NCBI GenBank assembly: GCA_030141605.1
Contig: JAQGDQ010000409.1
Span: 143,376-207,375 of the forward strand
Source of the DNA: Tubiluchus corallicola
Taxonomy: Eukaryota; Animalia; Priapulida
Reading direction: 5' to 3'
Length of the DNA: 64,000 bases
This document shows positions 50,485 through 63,849 of the stretch, piece after piece. Every line of letters starts with the position of its first letter. Position 1 is the first letter of the stretch. The notes under the pieces are model-generated. The model was not told the origin of the DNA. It did no database searches and worked only from the letters and a program-made list of their open reading frames with translations. The position numbers and the translations under genes were made by a program.

Positions 50485-50670
50485 AAACTTTGGTTGCCAT
50501 GATGACCACGCTTGTTTAACTCTAAAGTTATGCTGTCAAAAGTTTGGTTGCCATGGCGACCACGGTTGTTTAACTCTAAAGTTATGCAGAAAAAGTTTGG
50601 TTGCCATGGTGACCCCGCGTGCTTAACTCTAAAGTTAAGCAGTAAAAAGTTTTGTTGCCATAGTGACCAT
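50485..50670. repeat. 54-bp tandem repeat x4 containing X-box-like GTTGCCATRRYGAC
   Basis: gttgccat at 50493, 50547, 50600 and 50654. Confidence 0.85.
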
Positions 50671-50773
50671 GGCTGCCTAGTGAAGGCCGAAGAACGTCTA
50701 AAATTGTATTTTTCTGGCTTAAAAATCTGTCTCCTCAAAAACGGCTGAGGTAGTGAAGACGAATCTCGTTACT

Positions 50774-51160
50774 TAAGCCTTTTTACAGTTTCATTGTGCG
50801 CACGCGCAGTTGCTGTATTTTAAAGGTTGTGTGCTCTAGCAATTTGTCCTAACTACACCGTCATGTGGCATGTGGGTAAGGCAAAGCCGTCTGTCGCGTC
50901 AGTTCAGTAACTTCAGTTGTCTTGCGTGGATTTTACTTCATCATGCATTAGTCTGTGCGTAGTGTGATTTACTAGCGGGATCTTACTTGGGAACAAGAAA
51001 AAATGAACTATGTAAGATTCTAGCTGGGTCTTAAAACTGTTACTGTTACAATAGCTTGGCTGCAAGGTGCTGTCAAGTGAACACAACTGCGTTGTCTGAT
51101 CCACTTAACCTTTGACCTTTTCACGATCATCATCATTCGCTGGAACTGTGAAAAGGCTTT
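50774..51160 (-). mobile_element. MITE family E, full length
   Basis: TAAGCCTTTTTACAGTTTC...GAACTGTGAAAAGGCTT; reverse complement of 5693-6089. Confidence 0.75.
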
Positions 51161-51276
51161 TATCTAAAAGATGTGGAGTCAGAGTTTGAAATTTCATAAT
51201 ATATGATCGCCATTATGACGCACGCCATCAATATTGGAAGATCGAGCGGCTTCTACCGACTGGCTCTTGTTTATTG

Positions 51277-51630
<354 letters not shown>

Positions 51631-52087
51631 TTATTAATAACAGTATTCTGACTCAATAACAGCCTACTTCTGAGTCTTAAACCCAGCTTTCCTACATAAG
51701 GCAGGAAAAACTTGGTACATTGTAGCTAACATACGTTTGGGCTTACACTACAACGATTAGGAAGATTAAAGAGTCCTCTAATGGCATTGTTATAACTAAT
51801 GCACATTCTTTCAATATTTCATTTATCGTGGTTAAACCAGAGACTATTGCAATAAAACTGTGTACAAAAAGTCTTCTCTTAACATCAACAGAAAAGTTTT
51901 TGAACCTCCAAATAATGCAACTGGCTCTCGCACATATATCTCACCTTTTCAAATACATTATAGAGTACCGTATGGAATAGACGAACAAAGTACTGATTTC
52001 TGTTATTGAAATAATGCAACTCTTCAAACACCAGAACATATGGTACTTGACTGTGATTTAGTAGACCCCAATTTCGAATTTATTTAA

Positions 52088-52755
52088 AGGACAAGAAAAG
52101 GGGTACCTGAAGTAGGTTTCAGAAAAATCGTCTTAAAAACTATATTACGTTACAGCGTATATCGTATATCGTACTTGCGTTAAAAGGAATTTTTGTTTGT
52201 TTTCATTTTAAATGTCCCACAATATTGTTCCGACCGCGCCATTACATGACGTCATACACGCACAACGTAAATCAGGGGAAGAAAAGACAATGTTAAATTA
52301 TGTCCCAAAAACTTTCCATGCAAATCTATATCACTTAGCAATTCACTTACCTGCTGGAAAGACTTGTGTAACTAGAAAAAATAATTTAAAATTTTGTGCC
52401 AATTGGTAAAATGTCGCTGGCTCTCAGGGTCCTTCCAGGGTGCGCCAATCGGTAAGCAAAAAACGTGTTTTTAATCTTGTTGACAAGATACAGTAATTTA
52501 AAATTTTACTTCGTTAGTGACGTGTGCGCTACGAATGCGCCGATTGTTTTTTCAAACTTTACTCAGTGTTATCTAAACGTATTTCGAACGACCTACTATC
52601 AAAATGGCTGCGTCTAATGGTCATCGCGGGAGTTTAAATTACAAAGTTTACACAGCATTACTGCCGACGCAAACCCTGTATGCAAAAAGGCAGTAAGTAA
52701 GTGGTGCAAAATTTCAGACGAATTTTTAAAGCTTGGTGGATGGTTTTCTTGTGCT
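52088..52755 (+). mobile_element. Kolobok-like MITE family B, full length (668 bp)
   Basis: TTAA-AGGACAAGAAAA...TTTTCTTGTGCT-TTAA. Confidence 0.85.
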
Positions 52756-53059
52756 TTAAGGCGAGTTCTGTCTTCATTCAACATAAGCGAGATTTATCTA
52801 AAGGTGTGTGCCAGGCGTATGGAAATATTGTTAGAGATGATGTGTGAAAAAACTTGTTATAAATTAATTTTAATTATATTTACAGAATAACATGTACTGC
52901 GTTAAAATGAACTACACTAAATTATAGTGTGTTATACATATATATTTAAATTTATTTTTAATAAGCGTTGTATTGTTATATTAGTGCTTTTGATGTATAT
53001 AGGGTTATAGAAAAGTAAAATAGGCAACTGTAACACAGGGATTAACTACTAAAAAGTAT

Positions 53060-53330
53060 GCGTGTATATAATCTTTATTTATTTTAAGTGGATTAACATA
53101 CAGTAATATTACTGATCGGAGTTTTCTACTGTGCAAAAAATACATTATAGCTGAGATATACAACTGGTTATCAAGAATATAGTTACATAAATATTTAGTT
53201 CAAAAACACAAGTAATTCATTAGTTAACACTTAAAATTGAAATATACAAAGCTCACAGAGTACAGAAGCGATACCAGAAGCAATTATCAATGTACATCAT
53301 CCTATTAGTTATACAAAAGCATCGTTGATA
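53060..53330 (-). mobile_element. LINE 3'UTR fragment
   Basis: Reverse complement of ~62130-62390, which follows a LINE ORF2 end. Confidence 0.75.
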
Positions 53331-53334
53331 CAAT

Positions 53335-53354
53335 GTATGTACATATGTACGTAC

Positions 53355-53385
<31 letters not shown>

Positions 53386-53570
53386 TGTATGTATGTATGT
53401 ATGTATGTATGTATGTATGTATGTATGTATGTATGTATGTATGTATGTATGTATGTATGTATGTATGTATGTATGTATGTATGTATGTATGTATGTATGT
53501 ATGTATGTATGTATGTATGTATGTATGTATGTATGTATGTATGTATGTATGTATATATGCATGTATGTAC
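53335..53570. repeat. (ATGT)n microsatellite
   Basis: Direct reading. Confidence 0.97.
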
Positions 53571-53715
53571 AAAATTTGCATTATGTATAGTATTGTCGCC
53601 ATAAACAGCTATATTGAATTTTGCAAACGAACCCCTGCAAATAGAGGGGAAACGACGTATTTATTGTCTAATAATCAAACTCATACTAGTACTACTACTA
53701 CTAATAATAATATAG

Positions 53716-53915
53716 AGTTAAAAACAACAAAACTTTATTAAAATGTGTAAATAAAAAGTTAAAATCATGCTAAACGTTTTGATAGACTACTGATGTGGTA
53801 AATCATTATGTTTGTAAATTTACCACTGATGATGACAGCAGCAGCCTGTCGAAACGTTTGGCATGATTTTAACTTTTTATTGTAAAAGTTTTAACAAAGT
53901 TGTGTTATTTTGACT
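53716..53915. mobile_element. Minimal Penelope-like fold-back remnant
   Basis: Inverted copies of the same PLE 3' end separated by only a few bases; no coding remnant. Confidence 0.75.
53822..53862 (+). ncRNA. Minimal type I hammerhead ribozyme motif
   Basis: ACCA-CUGAUGA-U-GACAG cagcagc CUGUC-GAAA-CG-UU-UGGC, intact core. Confidence 0.8.
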
Positions 53916-54387
53916 ACAAATTTTTTTAAGTGCCTGTAATAAAAAAGTAATATAGAGTTTCGTCTCACATGGATTGTGTTAAATGGAGAAAGTACGAGTT
54001 TTACTTGCGTTTTCAGTAGAACAAGGTCTCCAAGAATCGAAGTGTTCGCCAGGAAGCCATACGTTTGTACGCAACAATTATTCTAACGTAAAATGATAGA
54101 TAGCTACGTTATTACAAGCCAATTATTGCATTAATAGCTAATTTCTTCGGAGGAAAACTCATTTTGCCAGTGTTAAACTAGTAAACCGCTTTGTTGAAAT
54201 CGTAAAACCGATTTAACGAGTTTGTATTGCATTCTGTTCAAATCGAATTTTATGCGGTTGTTAAACACAAGACGCATTTTTTCTGTTTCACCTTCCCAAT
54301 CTGACTGTGTCAAGTAAAGTTTTCTCACTAGAGTAAAGTTGACGTGCCGTTTATCTAAAAGGTGGCGGAAATTTAGCGTTCTCGGGC

Positions 54388-54758
54388 TAGTGGAGGGAAT
54401 TGACTGTCGTTTTAATGACGAAAAATCGATACAAAACAAAATCGATTTTTTTTATCTATTTTCGAACTGATGAATAAATGATTATCACCACAGAAAATCG
54501 ATACAATCGATAGCGCCTTGTGTGTCCTAGCAGTAATAAACATATTGAAAACAATAGTTATCGTGTAATTAACTTCAAAACTAATTATATTATGGGTGGC
54601 ATTAATTATATAAAATGATGCTTCGCAGTTTGTACTGTGTAATACTGTGTGTACAACGCTAGTAAAACAATTTTGTGAAACGTTTATCGAAATCGTATCG
54701 CGAGTCCTTGTCATTTAGCGAAATCGTATCGCAATTTTTGTATCGATTCCCATTCCTA
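54388..54758. mobile_element. hAT-like MITE, degenerate
   Basis: TAG...CTA ends (TAGTGGAGGGAATTGA / TCGATTCCCATTCCTA), subterminal atcgata repeats, 6/8 TSD tctcgggc/cctcggac. Confidence 0.5.
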
Positions 54759-55319
54759 CCTCGGACACACACTCGGACATCAACCCTCACAACGTTTCTA
54801 TGAAGCCAATTCAATCTGAAACGCTGCTTTTCTATAGCGGATTCCTACTGGTCATAAAAACGGATGCCAGCTACTAATCCGAGCTTTTGCAATTTGCCAA
54901 CGACCTCTACAACGATTCGCCGATTATTATCGCAGTTTATCAACAGACAATGGAAACCACTAGTGTGCTTGTCTGATGACTCATCGTTACACGCACTTGG
55001 CTTCACGTTGCATTCACGGTTGACTGGTTTGCGTGTTTTTTCCCCATAGAGGTTGCAAATGCTGTGAAAAATCCGCCATATGGAGGAATTATGCAATGAA
55101 ATGTGATTCGGTTTCGATCCGCTAGCGGTAAGTGAAGCATCATCGAATTAATGGATACTCGAGAGACGTTTATTGTTAGTTTTACGAAAACCGGTGGTTG
55201 CAAAAATTTTGTAATAAATTACCATTGATTTGTATATATGTTACATAAATAAGTTGGCTGTTGTCTTTCAAGTAAGATAAGCGTGTTTCATTGATCAGCA
55301 AACTGATCCTTCGCTGATT

Positions 55320-55535
55320 CCTGACCCTAATCCTAACCAAACCCTAATTATGTTCCTATCCCAACCCTAACCCTAATCCTAACCAAGCCCTAACTATGTC
55401 CCTACCATAACCTTAATCCTAACCCTAACCCAGACCCTAATCCTTACCAAACCCTATGTTTCTATCCCCCAACCCTTACCATAATCCCAAACCTAACCCT
55501 AACCCCAATCCTAATACTAACCTTAATCCTAATCC
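55320..55535. repeat. Degenerate (CCCTAA)n telomere-like interstitial repeat
   Basis: Repeated ccctaa/cctaat/cctaac units. Confidence 0.85.
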
Positions 55536-55976
55536 GCTTTATTGACCAATTTCTTGTGTGTGGGAATTGTAAACTTTAGCCTGGACTTCAGCCTTGCAAA
55601 GTCGTTCAGGTTATAGGAAAAGCTTAAAGAATTGTATCGCATTTTGCGTTTGAAAAACCTCGTTTTATGCAACCAGATTCTGATTTTGTTGTTGGTGGTC
55701 GTAATTCTAATAGTAGAAATCTTATGACATGGATTAAAAGACTTCTTGGTGTAAAAGCATTTGTGCAGCATGTGCAAGCAAAATTTTTTGGTAGCGCTTA
55801 CCATGGGTTTACCAGTAAAAAACGTTCACTGAGCTCATTCCTATAGGCTGGAGCAATTTGAGTAGCAGCTTAGTATTTTGATGCTTTGTAGATGGATTTA
55901 ATTTTTGATATATACTCGTTTTTATAGCGTTAATAAAAGAATTTCTTCTATAACTGTACATGACCTACCTAACGCT

Positions 55977-56542
55977 ATAAAACCGGACCCAATCTTAAAC
56001 TGTAGGTCAAAACAATCTACTCTTCAAAATATTGAAAGGAAACACTGTTTTTTCAAAAATGACTTAAGTGAAAGAATTATTACCACACAAACACAATTTC
56101 ACGTTCGCGTCACTAGTTCCTCGTTGTTACATGCATTTCGCCCATCCGCTAGTTAGACGGGCACTCTCATTTCAGATGTGTTAGTTTGTGACGAACTACA
56201 CACGTTCGAAAGCTCATGTGTGAGCATAGGGATAAATTTTAAATTTGAATTTTTACGTTAAAATTTGCCTAGTTTTAGTACAACAAACTGAACATCTTAC
56301 AGTAGCACTATACTTCAATTTGCGTTTTCGCAAACACGTGCAACACGCTCGTGGAATCTTTTTGCTGTTAAAAGTTATGGTAGTTGGTGATGTCATCAAT
56401 AGTTGGGCTCATTCGCCGTTCATTAAGTTTTTAATCTATTGTTTAATTATCAGAAACGCGCTTGCAGTATTAATGGTGTTAACATGTATACTTTTTATCG
56501 GACTTGAAAATGGGTAGTATATGAAAAATCATCCTGTCTGCC
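55977..56542 (+). mobile_element. Kolobok-like MITE family A, near full length
   Basis: Collinear with the reverse complement of 2052-2649; ends atcctgtctgcc-TTAA. Confidence 0.8.
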
Positions 56543-57224
56543 TTAAACTTTTGGGCTTTTTAAGTCTTTAAATTCTCTTATTGTACATCTTTTGCAACGC
56601 TAATTATTGTAATTAATACAGTGATTACTACGAGAGAAATTCTATTGCCTCTTTTTTCATTGTTTACTTCCTAACGAAACTTTGATCTTTTTTGGCCTTT
56701 CCTTTCGTTAGATGGAACACCCGTTTTTTATTGATCTTGTCATAATTTCTTGTCTACTTGTGTAACTTTCTATATAATCAACTCTTTGCTACGAGGCAAA
56801 CCCAGAGCACTAATCAGGAATAATTTCGTTTGCTGTCAAGGAGGAGTGAGTCGTTCCAATGTGAAATTAGCCTCATTTTCTCTCATTATATCAGTCTCCT
56901 ATTATACGTCCGCCATTATGTAATCCTCATCACAACACACAGAGAGAAATGGCTTCTTTTGGGCTTTTTGTCGAGTTGCTTTACTACAGGAAGCCTTTTG
57001 ATAGCAATTTTAATTAACAATCTAATTGCGCTTAATGGCATTTTTCTTAAGACGTTGCGAAAATGATTTAAAATAACAAGTTTTAAGGGTAGGTGAGTTG
57101 GTCTAACACCTCGGTGGACGCGAAGAAATATAAAAGTTTATAAATGGCTCATAAAGATTATTAAATAGCATCCATTTTAATCGTTGAATTTTTCCGATGC
57201 AATGAGCCCAAAATTCTTAAACTT

Positions 57225-57440
57225 TTACACAAACACGTGCAACACGCTCGTGGATTATTTTTGCTGTTGAAAATTATGTTCGTTTGTGACATTACCAATA
57301 ATTGGATCGTCCGCCATGAATTAAGTTTTTAATTTATTATTTAATTAGCAGAAACGTTTTTGCAGTATTAATTGTGTTAAAATGTATACCTTATATTGGA
57401 CTTTAAAATGGGGTAGTATATGAAAAATCATCCTATCTTC
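57225..57440 (+). mobile_element. Kolobok-like family A 3' fragment
   Basis: aaacacgtgcaacacgctcgtgg...gggtagtatatgaaaaatcatcct. Confidence 0.7.
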
Positions 57441-57907
57441 TTTGCAACTTTATGCTTTTATTTTATTGCTTTCTGCCACATACTGTTCTCCTTTTTTCTT
57501 CTCTTCCTTTTCTTTTCCTTTCCCGTAAGTGCTCCTGTTCTATCTACCGCCCTCACTTCTTTTTCTTGTCGTTTTTTCCCTTATTCTCTACGCTCTCTTC
57601 GACTCAAGTCCACTAAGCATGCTTTTCTGTGTAAGAGAAACCAGCCCTCTTTCTTTTTGCGGCTTCTCTTGTGAAGCTTGGATTTTGATCTCTCTGTTTG
57701 CTGTTGTCTAGGAAAATTGTGTAACAAACTTTTGATCTTCTTTGTACAAAAGCTCATCGAATTATCTACAAAAGGCGACAAACTGGATTTTCTTGAAGTC
57801 TCAGACTCAGACGTGTAAGGAAGCTCGTAGTTTTCACAAGCAGTAATTATCAAGAAAAAAGAAACGTAACTTTTGTCAACCAACCAGCGCGTTTTCACGA
57901 TTCTTAA

Positions 57908-58425
57908 AGAAAAACCGGACCATTGTGCAAATATTAGTCAAAATAAAGTATGCTCTAAAATACTGAAAACTACAACGGCTTTTTTAAATCAAAGCTTACA
58001 TTAAATAATAATTACCTCGGATAGTTGAATTTTGTTAAACGTTCAAAGCTACGCGCGACTCAGCGACTGGCAATGGCGTCTTTTTGTCACATTCGCGTGA
58101 TCGACACATAGGCGCGGAACCGTGATAAGCATGATCATGAACTGCAGTGTTCGTCTGTGACGTAGAGCCCATTTTCGCGACATCAGCGTCCTGTAGCAAT
58201 CTTCGCTTACGCAAACGTGCTTGACGTGTAGGGAAGATTCCTACCATTGCACGAACTGTGGTTAGTTTGCGACGTAAGCAATGGCTGTGTTCGGTTGCCG
58301 TTAATTAATTTTCTAAGGTAATTATTCAAATATGAGAAAGAACAAACTTTTATAGGCAAGAAAATGTATATTTTGGACAATAAATTAAAATGAGATTGAG
58401 TATAATTAATCGTTCGATTTTCGCT
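57908..58425. mobile_element. Kolobok-like MITE with family A-related ends
   Basis: TTAA-AGAAAAACCGGACCATT...AATCGTTCGATTTTCGCT imperfect TIR; abuts a family A copy. Confidence 0.45.
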
Positions 58426-58428
58426 TTC

Positions 58429-58967
58429 AGGAAAACCGGACTTAACCTTAAATCGTAGCTCAGACTTTATTGTTTCAAACATAATTGTTTTAGCAAGAAT
58501 GACTTAGGTGAAAGAATTATTACCACACATTTTGCCTTCGCACGGCTAGTTGTTCGCTCTGTTACACGCATTGTCCAAAGGCGCAAGTGCGCAAAAATAG
58601 GCTCTTTAAACATCTCAGTTCAGAAGCGTTCAGTTGTGACGTAGGGCACACGTTCGAGAGCTCATAAACGTGAAACTTAAATTTTTAAACGTAAAGTTTG
58701 CCGTGTTTATGTGTATTGTACTAATGTTGTACAATAGCACTGTACTTCAATTTTCGTTTTCGGAAACACGTGCGACACGTTTGTGAAATGTTTGCGCTTT
58801 TGAAAATGATGTTTATTTGTGATGTCGTCTTTAGCTGGGCTCACCGCCGATAATTAAACTTTTAACCTATTATTTAATTATTATTTTAGCATTATTATAA
58901 GTGTTAAAATGTACAATTTTACCGTACTTGAAAATGGGATAGGAATTGAAAGATTATCCTGTTTCCT
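58429..58967 (+). mobile_element. Kolobok-like MITE family A, diverged
   Basis: ggaaaaccggac start, gaaagaattattaccaca, ends atcctgtttcct-TTAA. Confidence 0.7.
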
Positions 58968-59539
58968 TTAAACATCATCGCCGTAACGGCAACGGCTATC
59001 TAGACATTACATCTCATTGCCTATACACGCAATTAACTTGAACCCGCTGTGTAATTAAAGGAGCAAATAAATGACTCTTTGTAACCATCTAGCAGCGCAA
59101 TTAATCATAACAGGTAATGAATGCGCTTTCAGTCTTTGTGAAAAGGAGTATCAATTTTCTTTCGAGTGAAAAGCAAATTAAAATTTCGTCAGCAATTTTA
59201 TTTGAAGTTGGGCATTCGGTTAACAGAGGTAGACTTAATTATCGAAAGACGAAATTACATTTTACACAAAGTCCTCACATTAGAGTGAAGAGGATAAAAG
59301 CTCTGCTTAAGTTTTAGTCAAAAACGACGGCACATTTCATGATTTCATTGTAACTGTCATGGCTTTTATTCAGTGTGTCTTTCAGAAATCGATAACTATT
59401 AACAGACCTTGGAAGATAAGTGTAATAATGTTAAACACACGATACAGTATAACGCGACACCTGGTAGTATAGAATACAACCACCATCTATTATCTAAAGA
59501 AGTACAGCATTATTTTAGCGACAAGACGCGATATAAGCC

Positions 59540-60910
59540 CAGGGACGGCTCTGCCATTAGGCAAACTAGGCAGTTGCTTAGAGCGCCAAATTCTGGAAAT
59601 AATCCTTTAATTTTGAAACTTAGCCTGAGTAATAACATGTTGTATGTGTAATTCTTTAAGTGCACAACATTAATTAAATGAAACAAACTAGATGCGTTAT
59701 TTTTCCTGTTGAAACGTACAAGTCTTAGATGCTAGCAGGTGTCTTCCTGCAGAAAAACACTTTTTAGTTTTGCTTTCTCGAGTTTTCTAAGACTACGCCA
59801 CTTCACGCAACACTCAAGACGTACAATGACGTCATAAATTCAACTTCAATTTCAATCAACACAAGCTGTAGATAGGTACTTAATTATGACTTAGATTGAC
59901 TATGTACTATGACCTAGATTAATTATGTACTTAGATTGACTATGTACTATGACCTAGATTAATTATGTACTTAGATTGACTATGTACTATGACCTAGATT
60001 AATTATGTACTTAGATTGACTATGCTTAATTAGTGCACCATAATACATTATATACTATATTTTGGCATCATTATAATTTATTATACTATTATACAAGAAA
60101 AAAATCAATATTAGGAGTGGGGTGTAGACCATTGGGGACAGGACCAGTGTTAGGAAGTGCGGGGTCCAATTAGAAAATTGTTAGTGGCGCCCTCTGCCGT
60201 GCTAAGCTGAAGATTGATGTTTTATGGTTCCCGGAAATATTCAAATATCTCACTCAGCAATAAGCAACAACAAGAAGCATATTTGTAGAAGTAATTCTGA
60301 ATGGTAACAACGGAAAAGTTAACTTTGCGGCTGTGAAGTAAAAAGTGCATTATTTTGCTTCCCGTGTTTGGAGGTGATGTAACGTTTCTGAATGTAATTT
60401 TCTGAAGCAGCAAGCCCTACTAATTTTAGCTAGGAGCCTCCCTTTGCTTTGTGTAGTTCTCCAGACTCAGCCAAAAAAGTGTTGAGGGATTGAGGCTCTA
60501 CCATTAGCCACAATGATATGTACTAGAAATTGAAAACTTGTATGAAATATTTAATGTTTTATTACAAGTCAAGATAATTACTGACATATCGTTTGTGCAT
60601 GTACTTTCTAAACACAGGCGATAAACTGAAATTACAAAACAAATAAACAAGCGATCAGTAAAAAACATTGAAACATAAATATACGATATCAGACTGAATA
60701 GTTTCACTGACTTCGCAGTATCAAGAAACTTCGTGCTCACTGGACATTCATTAATGTCTTGCATAGAGTCCTCGACGTGTGAAAGCGCGGGGCGCAATTT
60801 GAAGAAATCTGTCAAATAGGTTTAATAACGATGGGGGAGGTGTTGATTGTTCAGGAGGCGGTGCTAAAAATACTTTTGCCTAGGGCGTCAAACTACCTAG
60901 AGCTGCCCAG
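59540..60910. mobile_element. Possible hAT-like element, degenerate
   Basis: CAGGGACGGCTCT...AGAGCTGCCCAG ends; 6/8 TSD tataagcc/tatcaggc. Confidence 0.4.
59890..60025. repeat. 40-bp tandem repeat, about 3.4 copies
   Basis: ttagattgactatg at 59891, 59931, 59971 and 60011. Confidence 0.95.
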
Positions 60911-61118
60911 TATCAGGCTCGTGTCGAAGAACAGCCATACAGTTATTATTTTATTCGTAAAAGATGCCTGAGAGAAACGCGAATATTTGAATATTTTATA
61001 AGAACTTACAATAGACTGTCATATTCTTGTAACTATGCAGCACGACGCTCTATAATGCAGATCAATGCTTTCAGAAACTGTGTTACGAAGAGTCGTAGCA
61101 AATACTGTCATGTCTGTA

Positions 61119-61688
61119 CAGTGGTGGCTCGTAGCTAAAATTACTGGGGGTGCTGCTTCAGAATATTTTAGCCATTGTCTTAACAGTGTGTTAAAATGTA
61201 ACAAACGTATGTAATTTTAATGTTGTAGTTATATTTGAAGATCGGGTGTTGAACGGCCTCTTTTCTTAACTGCAACTTTCTCATGGAGAGACAACTATGA
61301 AAAATTAAGCTGTTGTAGTTCACTTACAGTCACAGAACTAAGTTCTTTAGGATGCAAAGCATCCATTATTAAATAATTTATGTTTTAAGCACATACGTTA
61401 TGTTTATACTTTATCACATCCAAGAATATGACCGTACACGGTAAACACATGGCAGTTGTTACTGTGATAGACACAGTACTTTTCTACCTGCGCACATATG
61501 CGCACAACAGCCAAACACCACGTTGCTTGGGCCGTGAAGCAAATTGTACTTCCCTCACGTGCTCCGATTCTGTACAAGCATAAAAAAGAACTAAAGAAAA
61601 AAACTTATTATATTGAATATTATCGATAATAATGAGTGAAAGCAGGGGGTGCTGCAGTTCCACAGTACCTATACACGAGCCGCCACTG
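61119..61688. mobile_element. hAT-like MITE (570 bp)
   Basis: TIR CAGTGGTGGCTCGT...ACGAGCCGCCACTG; perfect 8-bp TSD TGTCTGTA at 61111-61118 and 61689-61696. Confidence 0.9.
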
Positions 61689-61779
61689 TGTCTGTATGTT
61701 GCAATTTCAGAGCATAGAAAGACGTCTTTCCTTCAATCTTCGAGGAAGAATTTTGGCGAGAAGACTCACCAGAATTGGG

Positions 61780-62390
61780 TCCCTAACTGGTGCAAAGCTG
61801 CAACAATTCGACTGAAAACCCCCGCCATTATTTTTTTGAGTGTTCAAACTATGGCATACTCAGAACACTGTTATTGGATCAGCTCTGTTATTATCGGCAC
61901 ATAACTCAAGAATTACACCCCAACCCAAGACCTGCTATTATTTACAACGACATTTTCATAAACTCAGATCAGGTCATCCATCCAGTGGCATTCTCTTCAA
62001 ATTGTTGCAGAACTACATAAAGTCTACTAAACGTTTTGCTAATTGATTGAACGTGTAATTGTATATTGAATTGTAGCCTGAATTATTTTGAATTTTGGAC
62101 TTTTGAATTAAACACCAGTTATTGAGCAATCATACTTTTGTATAACTAATACAATGATGTACATTGATAATTGTTTCTGGTATCGCTTCTGTACTCTGTG
62201 AGCTTTGTATATTTCAATTTTAAGTGTTAACTAATGAATTACTTGTGTTTTTGAACTAACTATCTATGTAACTATATTCTTGATAACCAGTTGTATATAT
62301 CTGTTAACAACCAAAATGTATTTGTTGCACGTAGTGGAAAAACGTCGATCAGTAACATTACTGAATGTTAGTCTACTTAAAATAAATAAG
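61780..62390 (+). mobile_element. CR1-like LINE 3' fragment
   Basis: SCNNSTENPRHYFFECSNYGILRTLL...LFKLLQNYIKSTKRF (frameshifted CCHC C-terminus) plus a 3'UTR shared with 53060-53330. Confidence 0.75.
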
Positions 62391-62599
62391 GTTTATATAT
62401 TAGTTTTATTTGATTCGGTGAATCAAATACTGTAGAATGGGGGACTAAATATTAATTAATCGTATTTCAGATATTTTATTTAGCAGCAATGGAATCCATT
62501 TGCAAGAAAAAGGCTCCAACGAATTTTTGTTCTTTCACTCGCAAATTTGATGGTAAACGAATCTCATTACTATTGACTTCAATGAAAACATCTAATTAA

Positions 62600-63130
62600 A
62601 AGAAAGAACAATTCACTCTGCTTGGTTTATTTTACTGTTATCACTTAAACTTGGAAAAATGTAACAAAGAAATTTTCAAAATACTGCCTATAAAGCATAA
62701 ATTTAAAATACACTACCTCTAAATAGAAATTTTCAGGCGGGTGGTTGGTGCCATTCACTTGAAAATCATTATGTAACTGGGAGACTTCGTGACTTTTCGT
62801 TAGCATGACCTGCTTAAACTATTTCAAACTTCTACAGTTTGTCTAATGTTCACGCAAAAATATTACAAAATCAGCTATCTAACTTTTTTGTAAAACTTAT
62901 TATACTTTCGACGAAGATTGACAGTGCGCTACTTTTCTTCAAGACCAATGACGTCATTGGAAGAAGAATGGACATTGAAAATGGGAGCGTCCAAGCATGA
63001 AGTGATCGCGACTTTAAAGTGATTTTATTAATTACACGAGGCGCTTATTGCAGTTTTATTACTAAATCCTTCTAACATTTTTCGCGAACAGTGAATTAAA
63101 CCTATCCTCCTAAAAGACTTGACTTTTCCT
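62600..63130 (+). mobile_element. Kolobok-like MITE family C
   Basis: Collinear with 12386-12899; ends cttgacttttcct-TTAA (63131-63134). Confidence 0.8.
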
Positions 63131-63849
63131 TTAATGTTGTTTTAAGTTTAATTAAACTTTTTAGAACTAGAAGGAATAATGTTATCCTGAGAATGTTTTA
63201 CACTTAAAATCTAGAATTAATTATAATTAGGAAAGTGTAATGAAATTAATTATCATCATTAATCCGTAATTAAAGTTCGGAAATTCGATTAAATTTATTA
63301 ATATGTAAATAAGAACAAAACTTTTACAGATTTCGCGATTATCTACCCAGGATCACATTGAAAATGATGTAGTTACAATAGCTCAGCTAGGACGTATTTT
63401 TAAACTGATTTCAGGTGTCTGCATATTACTGACCTACTGATGAATTCATACCAAATATGGTAATGTGATTAACACGTGACTAACGTTGCGTCTCCTTCTC
63501 AAGCACGTTAATGAGGTCTCAAGAAAGAAAACAAACTGGCTTCATTAATTTCATTACAGTCGTTTGTTGATCTGAATAATTGAATTTTATTCGGTTGGAA
63601 TTCCTCAGTAAATGAAGCTGTTCGTTTGGCGGGTAAAAACATTTGCAAAATAAGATTAAGATGCTTTGTATATACCGCGCGTAACACCAAAATTCAATGT
63701 TTTTATTGCTAAGGGAATACTTCTGTGGTCTCTGTGTATGTTTGCTGATTCAAGTTAAGCAACGCCAAACTTGGTCATTAAGGGTAATCGGTGACAGCCG
63801 GGAAAAATGCTTCTAGCCCTTTCGTTGGCCAGGCCGCGCTCGGCTGTAT

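Noticed and set aside
55320-55535. True telomere
   Set aside because: Short, degenerate and internal, with ordinary sequence on both sides.
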